Below are positions 35,348-46,319 of a stretch of 64,000 bases of DNA, piece by piece. The stretch lies in NCBI GenBank assembly GCA_019828565.1, contig JAHDYR010000067.1:402244-466243 (forward strand). The letters run 5' to 3'. The stretch's first letter is position 1. The number at the start of each line of letters is the position of its first letter. The notes below the pieces were generated by a model. It ran no database searches and was not told the origin of the DNA. It worked only from the letters and a program-made list of their open reading frames with translations. A program made the translations under genes and the position numbers. This DNA comes from Carpediemonas membranifera BICM (taxonomy: Eukaryota > Protista > Fornicata).

Positions 35348-35950
35348 ATGACGACAGACAGCCAACAGTGGATCGCATTTGAGCATCTTGCGGCTCTATA
35401 CACCACTATAAAGCGTGGTAAGATAGAGACCGCAAGTCAATGCATCAACATGATCGAGGATTCCTGTGTGGAACGATTTGTGATGTTCTGGCTAACTACA
35501 GAGAACGCGGCGACGATTTACAACGAGAAAACGGCTGCTCTGCAGGAGAGCTATGGAGACGGAGTTGTGCGGTGCTCGGGTACGGACAGCATCACGAGAA
35601 CAATATCATCTTCCTCTCGTGGTGTCGAGCATGTATCGAGCATTGAGCGAGCATCAAGCGTCATGCAGCGTCACTTGGAGTTCCTGCATTGGGGCAAGAT
35701 CGCCCTTTCCTGTAGCGGCAGGACGCTAGCTGACTTTGCGACTCAGCACTTCCCCTTCCGTGTCTCTGATATTGAACGCAAGATTGTCTTCGTGATGGTC
35801 ACCGTTCCCAATGAGTTCATGGTTTGGTATAAGGCGCTTGTTGACGAGAAGATCGATGAAGAAGAGTTTACCTACTACATCATTTATCGTCTTAACTCCA
35901 GCGCGAAGGATCACATGGTTGTTAATGCCCTAACCTTCAAATATGAATGA
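35348..35950 (+). CDS. Hypothetical protein (200 aa), divergent from the SET gene
   Basis: ATG-initiated ORF filling the cassette up to the next R module; no motif recognised. Confidence 0.6.
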   Translation: MTTDSQQWIAFEHLAALYTTIKRGKIETASQCINMIEDSCVERFVMFWLTTENAATIYNEKTAALQESYGDGVVRCSGTDSITRTISSSSRGVEHVSSIERASSVMQRHLEFLHWGKIALSCSGRTLADFATQHFPFRVSDIERKIVFVMVTVPNEFMVWYKALVDEKIDEEEFTYYIIYRLNSSAKDHMVVNALTFKYE

Positions 35951-36013
35951 TCAGAGAGAGTGATGTGGTTAAATGGATTGCAAATGAGTCTTTTTAATGT
36001 CTCACCACCTGTT

Positions 36014-36480
36014 TGGGCCTCAGCGCTGTCGTTCAGGCCAATCCACGTTTGTGGATCCGTGCAGTTTATGGCTTATCGACCGGACATCTCCTGAACTGAG
36101 CGCCAGGGGGCGGAGGTGGCGTTGGCGTGGGGCGTGGAGGCGCTGGGGGCGGGGGTGGCGTTGATATTGGGCAATTACATAAAGTGCACGGTGCTTGGAA
36201 TTTCATTCCAACCTCAAAATGGCGGGAAAGCATTATTGGAAGGAACTAGTGGCAGCTATGCGGTTCTTTATACTGCAAAAGCAACCAGCTGTCGTCAAAA
36301 GCGCGCCATCTACCATCAATAACCAACATCTGCGTTGCACTCCACTGTTCTCGGTCGTTAATGCACAAAATCACTAAACAACATCAAAAGGACTGTTCAT
36401 ACGTTATTAAACATTGCTTGCTACTTCTGTTTCATCTTATTGTCGTTTACAGCTGTGTTGTCCTCAACAAATGCCAAGAC
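36014..36480 (+). repeat. R module copy 2 (with 3' extension)
   Basis: Identical core to copy 1; 44-bp upstream leader shared with copies 3 and 5. Confidence 0.95.
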
Positions 36481-36852
36481 AGATCAACGAGGCGTTCGCG
36501 GCTTCCCGTTGAAGACTTGCCATTGCCAGAGAGAGTGCCATGCCTGGCACGTCTCTCTTCTTGTCTGCCGCGTGAAGGAATCGACCAGGCTGGATTCATG
36601 TGCAGCTTATGCAGCAATGGACACTCTGGAGTCAGAACTGCATTTGCAGCAGCTTATTGCTGCTATTGAGCTTACTTGTGGCCCTGTCCCATCAGAAAGA
36701 AACAACAGACAGGCCCGAAAGATCGCCGCGGTCATTTCTGGTGAGTTTGACAGAGCATTCGACCGTTTCTTGCGCGATCTCTTCGCCGACAGCCCGTCTA
36801 TCATGAAGAGCTAGATCTCCTGGCGGAGATTCCCCAAGAGCCCATTGAAGAT

Positions 36853-37785
36853 GTGCCTGTCGCGGTAGGAGAAACCGCCAAGCCTGCATCCAAGCTTCAG
36901 CCCAAGACCACCAAGTCTGCGAAGAAGAAGGTGCAGACAAAGAAGCTGAGACAGCTGGCGCCGCGACGCGCTGGTACGCCTGCCCCGACACAACAGCAGG
37001 TCATCGTACCACTCAAGAACCTCAGCCGCCAGGAAGAGACAAGCCTTGAAACGTGGATTCGCAGCGTGCCGAAAAACTCTGCCATTACCATCGATATCTC
37101 TGGGATGGATGGTTTCAACGCCAGTGAGTCGACCCTTCACGAGCTGGAACACTCATTCCAGGAGAACAACGTCCGAGTTATTCGGGCCTGGATTGCTTAC
37201 CAGCTTTGTCTCTACGACTGTTTGTCAAGCCAGAAGATTAAGTATAACGAAAACGTGGCCCCCAGCGACGCCCTGCTCTCAGTGGCTCTTCAGCAGCAGA
37301 GGATCTTTGTCCAGGCGAACAAGCAAGGTGCACTTTCCACACGCCTTAACATAACGAAGACCCCCTTCTACAACAACGTTGTGGAGCGTCTGAAACTGAT
37401 GGGTGAGACAGAAAGCATGATGTCAAAGTTCCACAACATCATTGGTGTCATCATCATCCACTTCGCCGACTTCACTTCCTTGCTGAAGAACCGAATGATC
37501 CCGAAGGATAACGATACAGTCAGGGGCTTGAGCACCCTCATTGTTCACAGTCATCTGTGCATGGTTTACTCAACGGCGAAAGATATCCGTCCTGAGATCT
37601 ACAATGCTCTGACGACAAGCAGTACATTCCCGCCAGACCTTATGGCGTTTGCAAGAATGGCATTTGGTCTCGGACAAACCGCGGCGGTGACCCATGAGTC
37701 GCCCGAAAAGCAGAAGCATGCGGACAACACAATAGAGGATGATTCAGAGATCGAGACAAGTGGTAAGAGGGTGAGGACTGAGTAA
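36853..37785 (+). CDS. Hypothetical protein (~310 aa) with basic N-terminus
   Basis: Long ORF; Lys-rich N-terminus; start uncertain (GTG); may join upstream ORF 36440-36814. Confidence 0.6.
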   Translation: MPVAVGETAKPASKLQPKTTKSAKKKVQTKKLRQLAPRRAGTPAPTQQQVIVPLKNLSRQEETSLETWIRSVPKNSAITIDISGMDGFNASESTLHELEHSFQENNVRVIRAWIAYQLCLYDCLSSQKIKYNENVAPSDALLSVALQQQRIFVQANKQGALSTRLNITKTPFYNNVVERLKLMGETESMMSKFHNIIGVIIIHFADFTSLLKNRMIPKDNDTVRGLSTLIVHSHLCMVYSTAKDIRPEIYNALTTSSTFPPDLMAFARMAFGLGQTAAVTHESPEKQKHADNTIEDDSEIETSGKRVRTE

Positions 37786-37826
37786 ATGGATTGCAAATGA
37801 GTCTTTTTAATGTCTCACCACCTGTT

Positions 37827-38244
37827 TGGGCCTCAGCGCTGTCGTTCAGGCCAATCCACGTTTGTGGATCCGTGCAGTTTATGGCTTATCGACCGGACAT
37901 CTCCTGAACTGAGCGCCAGGGGGCGGAGGTGGCGTTGGCGTGGGGCGTGGAGGCGCTGGGGGCGGGGGTGGCGTTGATATTGGGCAATTACATAAAGTGC
38001 ACGGTGCTTGGAATTTCATTCCAACCTCAAAATGGCGGGAAAGCATTATTGGAAGGAACTAGTGGCAGCTATGCGGTTCTTTATACTGCAAAAGCAACCA
38101 GCTGTCGTCAAAAGCGCGCCATCTACCATCAATAACCAACATCTGCGTTGCACTCCACTGTTCTCGGTCGTTAATGCACAAAATCACTAAACAACATCAA
38201 AAGGACTGTTCATACGTTATTAAACATTGCTTGCTACTTCTGTT
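37827..38244 (+). repeat. R module copy 3
   Basis: Identical core to copies 1 and 2. Confidence 0.95.
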
Positions 38245-38358
38245 ACATCTCCTTAGGACATTTACTTCTGATTCTGTTTCTGCTCTCTCTTCTCCAGCAC
38301 CTCTGCCATCTCGAGACCTGTCAGCAGCATTGATCTCATTCCTGCATCACAGAAAGTA

Positions 38359-39660
38359 TCAATCTCTTTTCGTCCGCTCAATCATTGCAATAAACTGCCT
38401 GTGCAGTCTTCCGCGCACACCTTTTGCGCACTTATTGGTGCTCACCTGCCTGTATCCCTTGTGGCATGTGTCACAGCTGACGTTCTCGCGTCCATGAAGG
38501 TCTCTACCACACACTATGCAGCGCCGATAGAAGACTTGACCCTCAAACCCTCGCTGACAGCAGTCGGTCAGTCTCTTTCGCTGAGCTGCAGACAGGGTGA
38601 CCTCTTCTGTATCATCTAACAGAAGCGGACTCGGCTTGGCGACGCATTCATGCACGCGCATGATGACCTTGAGCTTGTCAAGACATTCGGCAGCAGTGGG
38701 ACGCTTCGTTGGGTCGAAGTGGAGCATCTGCATTGCCAGGTCGTACAGGCTGAGACAATTAGGTGGCGTGGTGCCGCGAATCGGGAGCTCAGAGTTCACG
38801 TTGACACACTCGAGGCAATCTTTGAAATGTGTCTGTGCCTGAGGTGACAACTGCAACTGCCCACCATAGAATTGGCACCAGTTCAGCAAGCTACCAAGCT
38901 TCAGCATCTTCTTCTTCTTGTTGTCGATCTGCGCCATGTTTGCACCCATGTCAGTCACCTTCGCGGCAAAGGGGGACTTAGAGAGACCGTTAACGAGCAT
39001 CATAATGACAATACCGCAAGAGTAAATGTCCGATGCAGGTGTCACGACATAAGAAGTGACGGAAAGAGCCCCTGCCGTCATGCGCGCGAGCTTGGAGGTG
39101 TCGCGTGCAGCAGGAATCACTGAGCGCGAGACAAGGTACTCGTAGAAAAGCTCTGGGGGCAAATATCCATGGGTGCCGCGATACTCGGATGCGAATCTCA
39201 GTTGTATGGCCCACCTGTCGTCGCCATTAGCCGGCTTCCTCATTGCAGACCCAAAATCAATGAGGTATCCCTTCTGACTCTTGCTGAAGAGGAAGTTGTC
39301 TGGCTTAATATCGCAATGGACAACCCCGTGGTCATGCATGTAGCATACTGCCTGCAGCAGATGCGAAACATAGCGGAACTGCACGCTGGAGTGAGCCTTG
39401 CAGATGCCAGCGAAGGGGGTACAGTTGACCAAAGGAGCCATGAAGGCTGGATCACGGTCGACAAAACCTGTATCGACGACAGGGAGGACATGCGGACTGT
39501 CCTTGAGCGCTAGCAGGGTGGGAACCTCCATATCGTAGTGCTCATCAATCTTGATCACGACCTTCAGCTTGTCAGCTCCAAACTCGTGCAGATATTGTCT
39601 ACTATTACCAGGTAAGGAAGTAAGTCGCTCCAGCTTGTCGCTATCTAGCTCGAACACCAT
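38359..39660 (-). CDS. Ser/Thr protein kinase (non-RD; Cdc7-reminiscent) with C-terminal Cys-rich domain
   Basis: VVIK, HCDIKPDNFLF, LIDFG, GTHGYLPPE, DIYSCG, DPTKRPTAAECL; CIVC...CDTC tail. Confidence 0.9.
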   Translation of the reverse strand: MVFELDSDKLERLTSLPGNSRQYLHEFGADKLKVVIKIDEHYDMEVPTLLALKDSPHVLPVVDTGFVDRDPAFMAPLVNCTPFAGICKAHSSVQFRYVSHLLQAVCYMHDHGVVHCDIKPDNFLFSKSQKGYLIDFGSAMRKPANGDDRWAIQLRFASEYRGTHGYLPPELFYEYLVSRSVIPAARDTSKLARMTAGALSVTSYVVTPASDIYSCGIVIMMLVNGLSKSPFAAKVTDMGANMAQIDNKKKKMLKLGSLLNWCQFYGGQLQLSPQAQTHFKDCLECVNVNSELPIRGTTPPNCLSLYDLAMQMLHFDPTKRPTAAECLDKLKVIMRVHECVAKPSPLLLDDTEEVTLSAAQRKRLTDCCQRGFEGQVFYRRCIVCGRDLHGRENVSCDTCHKGYRQVSTNKCAKGVRGRLHRQFIAMIERTKRD

Positions 39661-39824
39661 GCACAGGTAGCTGTGTGAAATTCGGTCTTAAAGTGCATTT
39701 CGCGACAGCTAGCTGTGCGTCGCAACGAGAGAAGTAGCAGTGGAAAACAAGCCAGGACTGGCTTATGAATGGTGTTTATGGACATCAGCTATGCTCCAAT
39801 CATAAACTCTTCCTCTTTACAATG

Positions 39825-41066
39825 TCAGATGAAGGAAAAGACGATACTGTCGGCAGTATCGCTCTCTGAGCGCTCCTCATCAATCACATTCTCTTGAATC
39901 TCCCCATCACCATCTCTGCCCGCCACCTCCCCGCCATGCTCGTCGTGGTCGATCTTTGGTTCCTCATCGGCACTCTTGCATAAGTCCACCTCCTCACCAA
40001 AGGCGCCCTCCTCGCTCTCCTCGCGAGCTGGCACCTCGTAGTGCATCCACTCTGCCTGGTAAGCTGGCTCGTCGGACACCGCCTCCTCGTCAGTATCGCC
40101 CTCTCTCTCGCCCTCTGGCATCTCTGTCTCGCGAGTCAGCGAGCCGAACTCCGCCTCCTTGTCAGCCTCGCTCTGCCTCTCTTTCTTCTTAGTATCGTGA
40201 AGCTCGATCATTCTGGCCTTGAGCCTGTTGTAAAGCCAGCCATCGAGCATCGGCGGCACCAGGTCGGCAGAGCTTGTGATCTCCGGGTTGAGATCAAAGA
40301 TCGTCGGGCGCCGCGTGGTCGTTAAGTGACTGGACGCCAACTGGTGCCTGAACTGCTCATCGGTCAGGCTGATGCGCTTGTCCTTAATGACCTTCTGAGG
40401 CTTCTCCTGCGGTCTGCCGCGGCGCTCTAGCGTGCCGATAGACTGCATCCTATCGGTGGACACGTCGATCCGCTGCGCAAAGCGAAGCATGCGAACCGTC
40501 AACCCCTGAACCTTGAGCGCCTCCGATACAGCACTGGCCTGCGGGAATCCCGATTTGAGCGTGCCAAAGCCCATCCAGCTCGGGCACGAGGTAAGGTCTA
40601 TCGCATCGGGGAGATTACCTTGGAGATACGAATACTCCCAGCCCGTCTGGTTGAGCAGAATGGCAATGGCGCCATACGGGCTGGGGAGACTCTCAACTGA
40701 TGCAGGGGACACCTCTTCCTCCTCTTTCCAGGACAACGGCTTCGCAGGGTGTGGCAAGTCGAAGTTCCGGAAAGACTGAACAGCCGAAACGATCCTCTTA
40801 GCCATAGCAGGCGTCTTTGTAGCGAAATAATGCGCCAAATAAGTCGTAACGTTGTCGCTTCGGACAATCTCGATGCCCTTCTGCATTTCAGCGCCTGTTT
40901 CCTGGCAAATGCTGGCCAAAACGTCCTCCAGGTGCTTCTTGTACACACTACGCGTCTTCACTGAAACTCTATCAGACCAGCGCTTAACAATATCGTCGTT
41001 ATTTGCAGCTAGAACCTCCATAACACGAGTTTTCTGTTGGTATTGCAATTTCAGAATTTCGTACAT
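39825..41066 (-). CDS. Degenerate tyrosine-recombinase-like fold + kleisin-like segment + acidic tail, element B copy
   Basis: SVKTRSVYKKHL..VTTYL..TPAMAKRIVSAVQSF; AIAILLNQTGWEYSYL; ALKVQGLTVRMLRFA; KVIKDKRISLTDEQFRHQLASS..FDLNP. Confidence 0.7.
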   Translation of the reverse strand: MYEILKLQYQQKTRVMEVLAANNDDIVKRWSDRVSVKTRSVYKKHLEDVLASICQETGAEMQKGIEIVRSDNVTTYLAHYFATKTPAMAKRIVSAVQSFRNFDLPHPAKPLSWKEEEEVSPASVESLPSPYGAIAILLNQTGWEYSYLQGNLPDAIDLTSCPSWMGFGTLKSGFPQASAVSEALKVQGLTVRMLRFAQRIDVSTDRMQSIGTLERRGRPQEKPQKVIKDKRISLTDEQFRHQLASSHLTTTRRPTIFDLNPEITSSADLVPPMLDGWLYNRLKARMIELHDTKKKERQSEADKEAEFGSLTRETEMPEGEREGDTDEEAVSDEPAYQAEWMHYEVPAREESEEGAFGEEVDLCKSADEEPKIDHDEHGGEVAGRDGDGEIQENVIDEERSESDTADSIVFSFI

Positions 41067-41485
41067 ACAAAATTATCAAATACTTGGATTCGACCTAAAC
41101 TTGGCTCAGATCCGCAATCCTGAGCTGGAGTGGGTTCATGGGAACTTTTTAAAATTTTAAAGTAGTCATGAACATCCAAATTCTAAGACAATCTCCGGTA
41201 CTGGAAGTAATTCTGAAATTGCAATACCAACACAAGTTATATTTCTGAAAACCGAATACACGGTGATACTGTTATCTATTAGCTCCAGTAGGGACCCAGG
41301 CCAGGTTTTGTACACCCTACCCGCTTGCCTCGGAATTCGGACATGCCGAAATTCTGAAATTCGAATACCACCGCCCATTTTTGACGTATGAGATCAGTAT
41401 CCCATGCCAAACCTCAGGACCGCATTCGTGTACCTTTTCCTGCCCTGTATCCATTATATAACCACCCAATTTCCTTTCACAATGT

Positions 41486-41987
41486 GCACTTTATGCTCGC
41501 AACGAGACTGAAATGGCGAACTTAAGAATAGAAAGAATACTGGCAGCTTTAACGTAGTAGGCATGCACATATCACTAAGAAACATCAGTAAGCGAGCGCA
41601 GAGCATCATTAAAGCAACAATAATCCCTAAACAACATCAAGTACCATAAGTCCACCACGTCCATACGATATGAACTATAAATGAACCACTGAGCAGTACA
41701 GATGATTTGAAAGTACCAGGCATGGCCAGAATACCGCAATTATCGTCCGTTGATCCACGTGACCTCCATCTTGGTCGGTATCCAGAGAACCTCCGTCAGA
41801 CGCTTGCAACGGAACATTTAGGGGGAGCATCCTGAATGGGGCCAGATTTGAGGGACCCTTGGTCTGACATGCCATGACCGAGTACTCTAGGGGCCTCCAC
41901 AGTGCGTCCCGAGGTACGTTATAGCACCACAGACCTTCCCCCAAAAGCTGACTCCTGGACCCCTTGGCCGGAGCTCGCCGAAACGTG
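41486..41987 (+). repeat. ~500-bp non-coding block shared with 23945-24447
   Basis: Direct repeat, roughly 90% identical by eye. Confidence 0.9.
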
Positions 41988-42254
41988 AAAATCGGCGATG
42001 ATTTCTCCGTATAACGTCATAGGGGGTTATATGGGGCTCTTTTCAGCCGCAGATAACGTCTCTTGGCCATATTAAATTTGCGAAAGGCCCCGGCTCGCTG
42101 GCCGGACGATTTAATCAGCATCGGCGAGAATGGACGTGTGGGTAGGGCTAGGGGTGTGATGACGGCTGGTGGTAGTCACGGTGTGAGTTCTTACAAGCCG
42201 CAGGCGATATACATAAACTTTTAGTAACCATTTAACGTCTCTTGGCGATATACG

Positions 42255-43973
42255 ATGCTAGACTTGTTCACTTGGCTGGAAGAAGCCACTGAGTTCGAGA
42301 AGAAGGAGCTAATGACCAAGATCAATGCAGCTGCAAGCGCTAAAGGCAAATGCGACGTCCTTCGCGCGCTTTTGCTGCCTAGGCGCGATTTACTCGCTAC
42401 TGTGATCAAGGAACGTACGTTACTGAGCGAAATTGTTTACACAGGTGTTAATCTCAAGCGTATTGCCACGTTCTTCCGCCTCACGCGCCAGGAGACAGAA
42501 GATATGAAGAAGGACCTTAAGGCGCAGTTTATGGCGACGATGAAATTGAATGAGGGTGAAAGGGTCACAGGGGAACACAAGAAAACACTGAAGCAGGTCC
42601 TCGGCGGGGATACCTTCACGCACCTGTACGACGGCGAGGTGGAGAGCGCGCGTATTCGGGTGAAGAAGAGCATTCGTGAGGCTAGAATGAAGACAAACGC
42701 TAGGCTTGAGTGTGAACTCGCGAAGGAGGAGGACGAGGACATCAGGGATTGTACTCGGGTTCAGATGATGAAGCTGGCCGATGAGGAAGACCGAAAGGAG
42801 TTGGAAAAGGAGATGGAATACACGCGCGAGTCCAAGTATGACGTGGTATGGGAGCGAGTGTACGATGAGATCTGCGGTACTCGTCGTGTGCGGGCCCGCA
42901 GGGATAACGCCCCCTGTCCCGGCGAGGATCACGCCGACCACGTGCTTCAGCGCTATCTCTGGGCCGACCAGATCGATACTCAGGCGCTTACTGGCGAGAA
43001 GACGTTGACCACGAGACTCCCTGCTGAAGCTCGAGTCGTACGTCGCGTGACAGCCAGTCTGATCTCTGCTCAGAAGACGGAGATCCAATCTCTCAAGGAG
43101 CAGGTCGAGCGGCTGAAGAAGCAGGTGACTGACGAGAGAAGAGACCACTTTCTTGAGTGCAGGCGTATCCATCATGAGCATGACGTTGGGTACCTTGCTT
43201 CCTGCGATGTTTCGTTCGCCGCCAGCCCCATGCCGCCACAGTCTGGCACGCTCTCCAGGACTTCCTGCCCCCGACGCGCTACGAACGAGCCCGAGGCCTC
43301 CATGTCTGTGAAGCGCAAGGCCCTCTTCATCACGCCCGAGAAGGCCAGGCCTGAGGACTCAGAGGAGGAGACAGAGGAGGAGCAGGAGGAGGCGAAGGAG
43401 AAGAGGGGTGAGGCAGAAGAGGAGACGGTGAACACATGCGACGCCTGCATCCAGACTGAGCCGGAGACTCAGACTCGCATCACCTCTGAGGCCGCGGTGC
43501 AGACGTGCATCAACGCGGAGGCTCTCACGGCTGGCTGTACCGCGATTCATGTCAAGAGTGACGGCAACTGCGTTGCATATTGTCTCCAAGCCATTGAGTT
43601 GGGTGGCCGAGTTGATGGCGACTTCGAAAAGTGGCAGCGTGGCCTCTGCCAGTCAGTGAAGGCCAAGTACTGGTCTAAGAAGAATGTCACGGAGCGTAGC
43701 CTGACAGATCCGGACTCCGGCTACTATAACTCGAACGCCATCCGAGTCTGGGCGAGGAAGCAGAAGCGGAACATCCTTGTTGTCCAGTCATACGACGGAT
43801 ACAACGGCATGCAAGGCATCTCCGCCATCTTATACCTGTTTGATGGCACCACCATGCTTGCACCCGATGCAGACTTGTGGGGGTTGACAGATAATTTCGC
43901 TATTGTCATCGAAGGCGATCCGGCTCACGCCACGCTGTACCAGAAGAAGTGCGAGGTCGTTGAGATTGAATAA
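42255..43973 (+). CDS. Coiled-coil protein with C-terminal OTU-like cysteine protease domain
   Basis: HVKSDGNCVAYCL ... IVIEGDPAHATLY (D-G-N-C ... H arrangement). Confidence 0.75.
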   Translation: MLDLFTWLEEATEFEKKELMTKINAAASAKGKCDVLRALLLPRRDLLATVIKERTLLSEIVYTGVNLKRIATFFRLTRQETEDMKKDLKAQFMATMKLNEGERVTGEHKKTLKQVLGGDTFTHLYDGEVESARIRVKKSIREARMKTNARLECELAKEEDEDIRDCTRVQMMKLADEEDRKELEKEMEYTRESKYDVVWERVYDEICGTRRVRARRDNAPCPGEDHADHVLQRYLWADQIDTQALTGEKTLTTRLPAEARVVRRVTASLISAQKTEIQSLKEQVERLKKQVTDERRDHFLECRRIHHEHDVGYLASCDVSFAASPMPPQSGTLSRTSCPRRATNEPEASMSVKRKALFITPEKARPEDSEEETEEEQEEAKEKRGEAEEETVNTCDACIQTEPETQTRITSEAAVQTCINAEALTAGCTAIHVKSDGNCVAYCLQAIELGGRVDGDFEKWQRGLCQSVKAKYWSKKNVTERSLTDPDSGYYNSNAIRVWARKQKRNILVVQSYDGYNGMQGISAILYLFDGTTMLAPDADLWGLTDNFAIVIEGDPAHATLYQKKCEVVEIE

Positions 43974-44108
43974 AGATTTGGATATGCCTTTGTAGTGCGT
44001 TCGACTGTGTACGTTTAGGAGAAGGCTGAGACGGAGAAGAAGGAGGACAAGGAGGTGGAGACAGAGGAGAAGAAGGGTAAGTAGGCAGACGAGGAGGAGC
44101 CTGACACG

Positions 44109-44733
44109 GTGGTGCGTGGGCCGGAAGATGACGACAATATGTCAGTCGTGTCGATCAGTGACAACGAGCATGAGCCTGAGCTGGTCTTCGACGTACAAAC
44201 CGCGATCGACAGGATCCTGACCTGCCCTGCCAAGGAGATTCACCGTGACGGAGCCTGCATCGCTCATTCGCTCAACGACATTAAGCACGGCCAAGTACTG
44301 GGTAAGAATCGAATCAAACATTTCAAAAAATCATCTGAGAGAACACACCGAGGAATCCATGGCCAAAAAGGCCGAGGGCCAGGTCAGGGGCACATGGTGG
44401 GACCCTTCCGAGCTGTTCAACGGCCAGGGCTGGCTGACAAGCACTGCTATCTCGGCTTGGACGCATCTTGAGAAGGAGAAGGTCATGGTCCTGCAGCGCA
44501 GAGAAGAGGAAGATGGTCGCATAGTCAACTCAGCGACTGTTTACGACAACGGAAGGGTCTACCCTCAGGATTTCAGAAGTCTGACTCAACTCAGTGATGC
44601 CATCAGGGAGACGGGCCACGAGAAGGTCATTGTCATTACGGGTAATCATGCCACGGTGTATCTCGTGGCGGAGCTTCTGTCAGATGGCACTGGTGAAGAG
44701 AGTGTGCCGAAGACAAGGAAGGGGAGGAAGTAA
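44109..44733 (+). CDS. Second OTU-like protease domain (frameshift in A-run ~44328)
   Basis: EIHRDGACIAHSL ... VIVITGNHATVY, paralogous to the upstream OTU-like domain. Confidence 0.6.
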
Positions 44734-44817
44734 ATGGTTTGATGTGTTCGGCTGTCTTTCATCTGTGAAATGAGAACAGGCGTGAGTGTCATGGACACAG
44801 ATGGCCCGGACAGCGTT

Positions 44818-45290
44818 GCCTCCGTCTTGGCATTTGTTGAGGACAACACAGCTGTAAACGACAATAAGATGAAACAGAAGTAGCAAGCAATGTTTAATAA
44901 CGTATGAACAGTCCTTTTGATGTTGTTTAGTGATTTTGTGCATTAACGACCGAGAACAGTGGAGTGCAACGCAGATGTTGGTTATTGATGGTAGATGGCG
45001 CGCTTTTGACGACAGCTGGTTGCTTTTGCAGTATAAAGAACCGCATAGCTGCCACTAGTTCCTTCCAATAATGCTTTCCCGCCATTTTGAGGTTGGAATG
45101 AAATTCCAAGCACCGTGCACTTTATGTAATTGCCCAATATCAACGCCACCCCCGCCCCCAGCGCCTCCACGCCCCACGCCAACGCCACCTCCGCCCCCTG
45201 GCGCTCAGTTCAGGAGATGTCCGGTCGATAAGCCATAAACTGCACGGATCCACAAACGTGGATTGGCCTGAACGACAGCGCTGAGGCCCA
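44818..45290 (-). repeat. R module copy 4 (inverted)
   Basis: Reverse complement of copies 1-3. Confidence 0.95.
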
Positions 45291-45311
45291 GACATGCACA
45301 TATACATTCAT

Positions 45312-46319
45312 TTATTCCTGTCTCGCTCTCTTGCCTGTCTGATCGCGACGTTTGACCCACTCAAATGCCTCATCTGTGAGGTAGACAGAGACGTCGCGAG
45401 TATTCCCAGTCCTAACCTTCCGAATCAACGTTCGGCAAGGATCTTTGGGTGTCGTCGTTGAGGTACGACGGCAAGCCCACTCTGAGGTCTCGCATGAGCC
45501 CCCGCACACGATGCAACGTCCTGACAGGACAAGCGGGGGGTCATGCGTTCTGGCCATAGCTAGCTGGTCCACCTGGCTAGCAGTCAGTGTGCGGGACATG
45601 AGCGTACCGCGCGTCTTGCCCGTGTCTTCGGGCCTGGGCCTCGGCTCATCCAGGTCTCCGACGTCCGAAGTCGTCATCGTTGCCTGCTCCAAAGTGGTGG
45701 GCTCCGGCTGAGACCTGACACCTGGCAGCCTGAGCATGGTCTTACGGCCGCCGCTACGCAGCCTCTCAATCTCATCCTCAAGAATGCTGACCTTCTTCGT
45801 CAGAGCATGATGTTCACTTGTCGCAACGAGCGACACTGGCGACTTAAGCAGCGCGATGAACGCCCTGACGTTATCGTGCAATGGAACCGAGAAGGCCTGG
45901 GCCAAGCTCTCGACCAGCTCCAGGACCTTGGGCAGGGTGTCGGGCTCAAGCTCATTGTGAGCTGCGCGGTTCCGGTACTCAACGAGATCACGAATGATCT
46001 TGGCATGGGCTTTGTTGTACGCCGCTCGATTGGACATCTCACGAAGGATTCTTGATGAATCCACGTCCTGTTCGAGCTCTTTGCCGAGGAGGTCCTTCTC
46101 GGTGCTATTGGGCTTGCACCCGGGGTTAAATGCAGGCGAGGCCAAGATCTTCCGCATCCAAGGGACCATCATGGCGAGCAGCTGAAGAACTCGCGCATTA
46201 TCGCCAAGGATGCGGAGCTGCTCATCGTTCCATGGTGAAATGAACAGGTGATGATCTTGTCGAGCGGATGATTGCCCTTTGAGAGGTGCTTGGCGATGCT
46301 TAGCGCGATATCGGTCCAT
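45312..46319 (-). CDS. Identical duplicate of the HEPN-like gene
   Basis: Same translation as 33124-34131. Confidence 0.7.
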   Translation of the reverse strand: MDRYRAKHRQAPLKGQSSARQDHHLFISPWNDEQLRILGDNARVLQLLAMMVPWMRKILASPAFNPGCKPNSTEKDLLGKELEQDVDSSRILREMSNRAAYNKAHAKIIRDLVEYRNRAAHNELEPDTLPKVLELVESLAQAFSVPLHDNVRAFIALLKSPVSLVATSEHHALTKKVSILEDEIERLRSGGRKTMLRLPGVRSQPEPTTLEQATMTTSDVGDLDEPRPRPEDTGKTRGTLMSRTLTASQVDQLAMARTHDPPLVLSGRCIVCGGSCETSEWACRRTSTTTPKDPCRTLIRKVRTGNTRDVSVYLTDEAFEWVKRRDQTGKRARQE

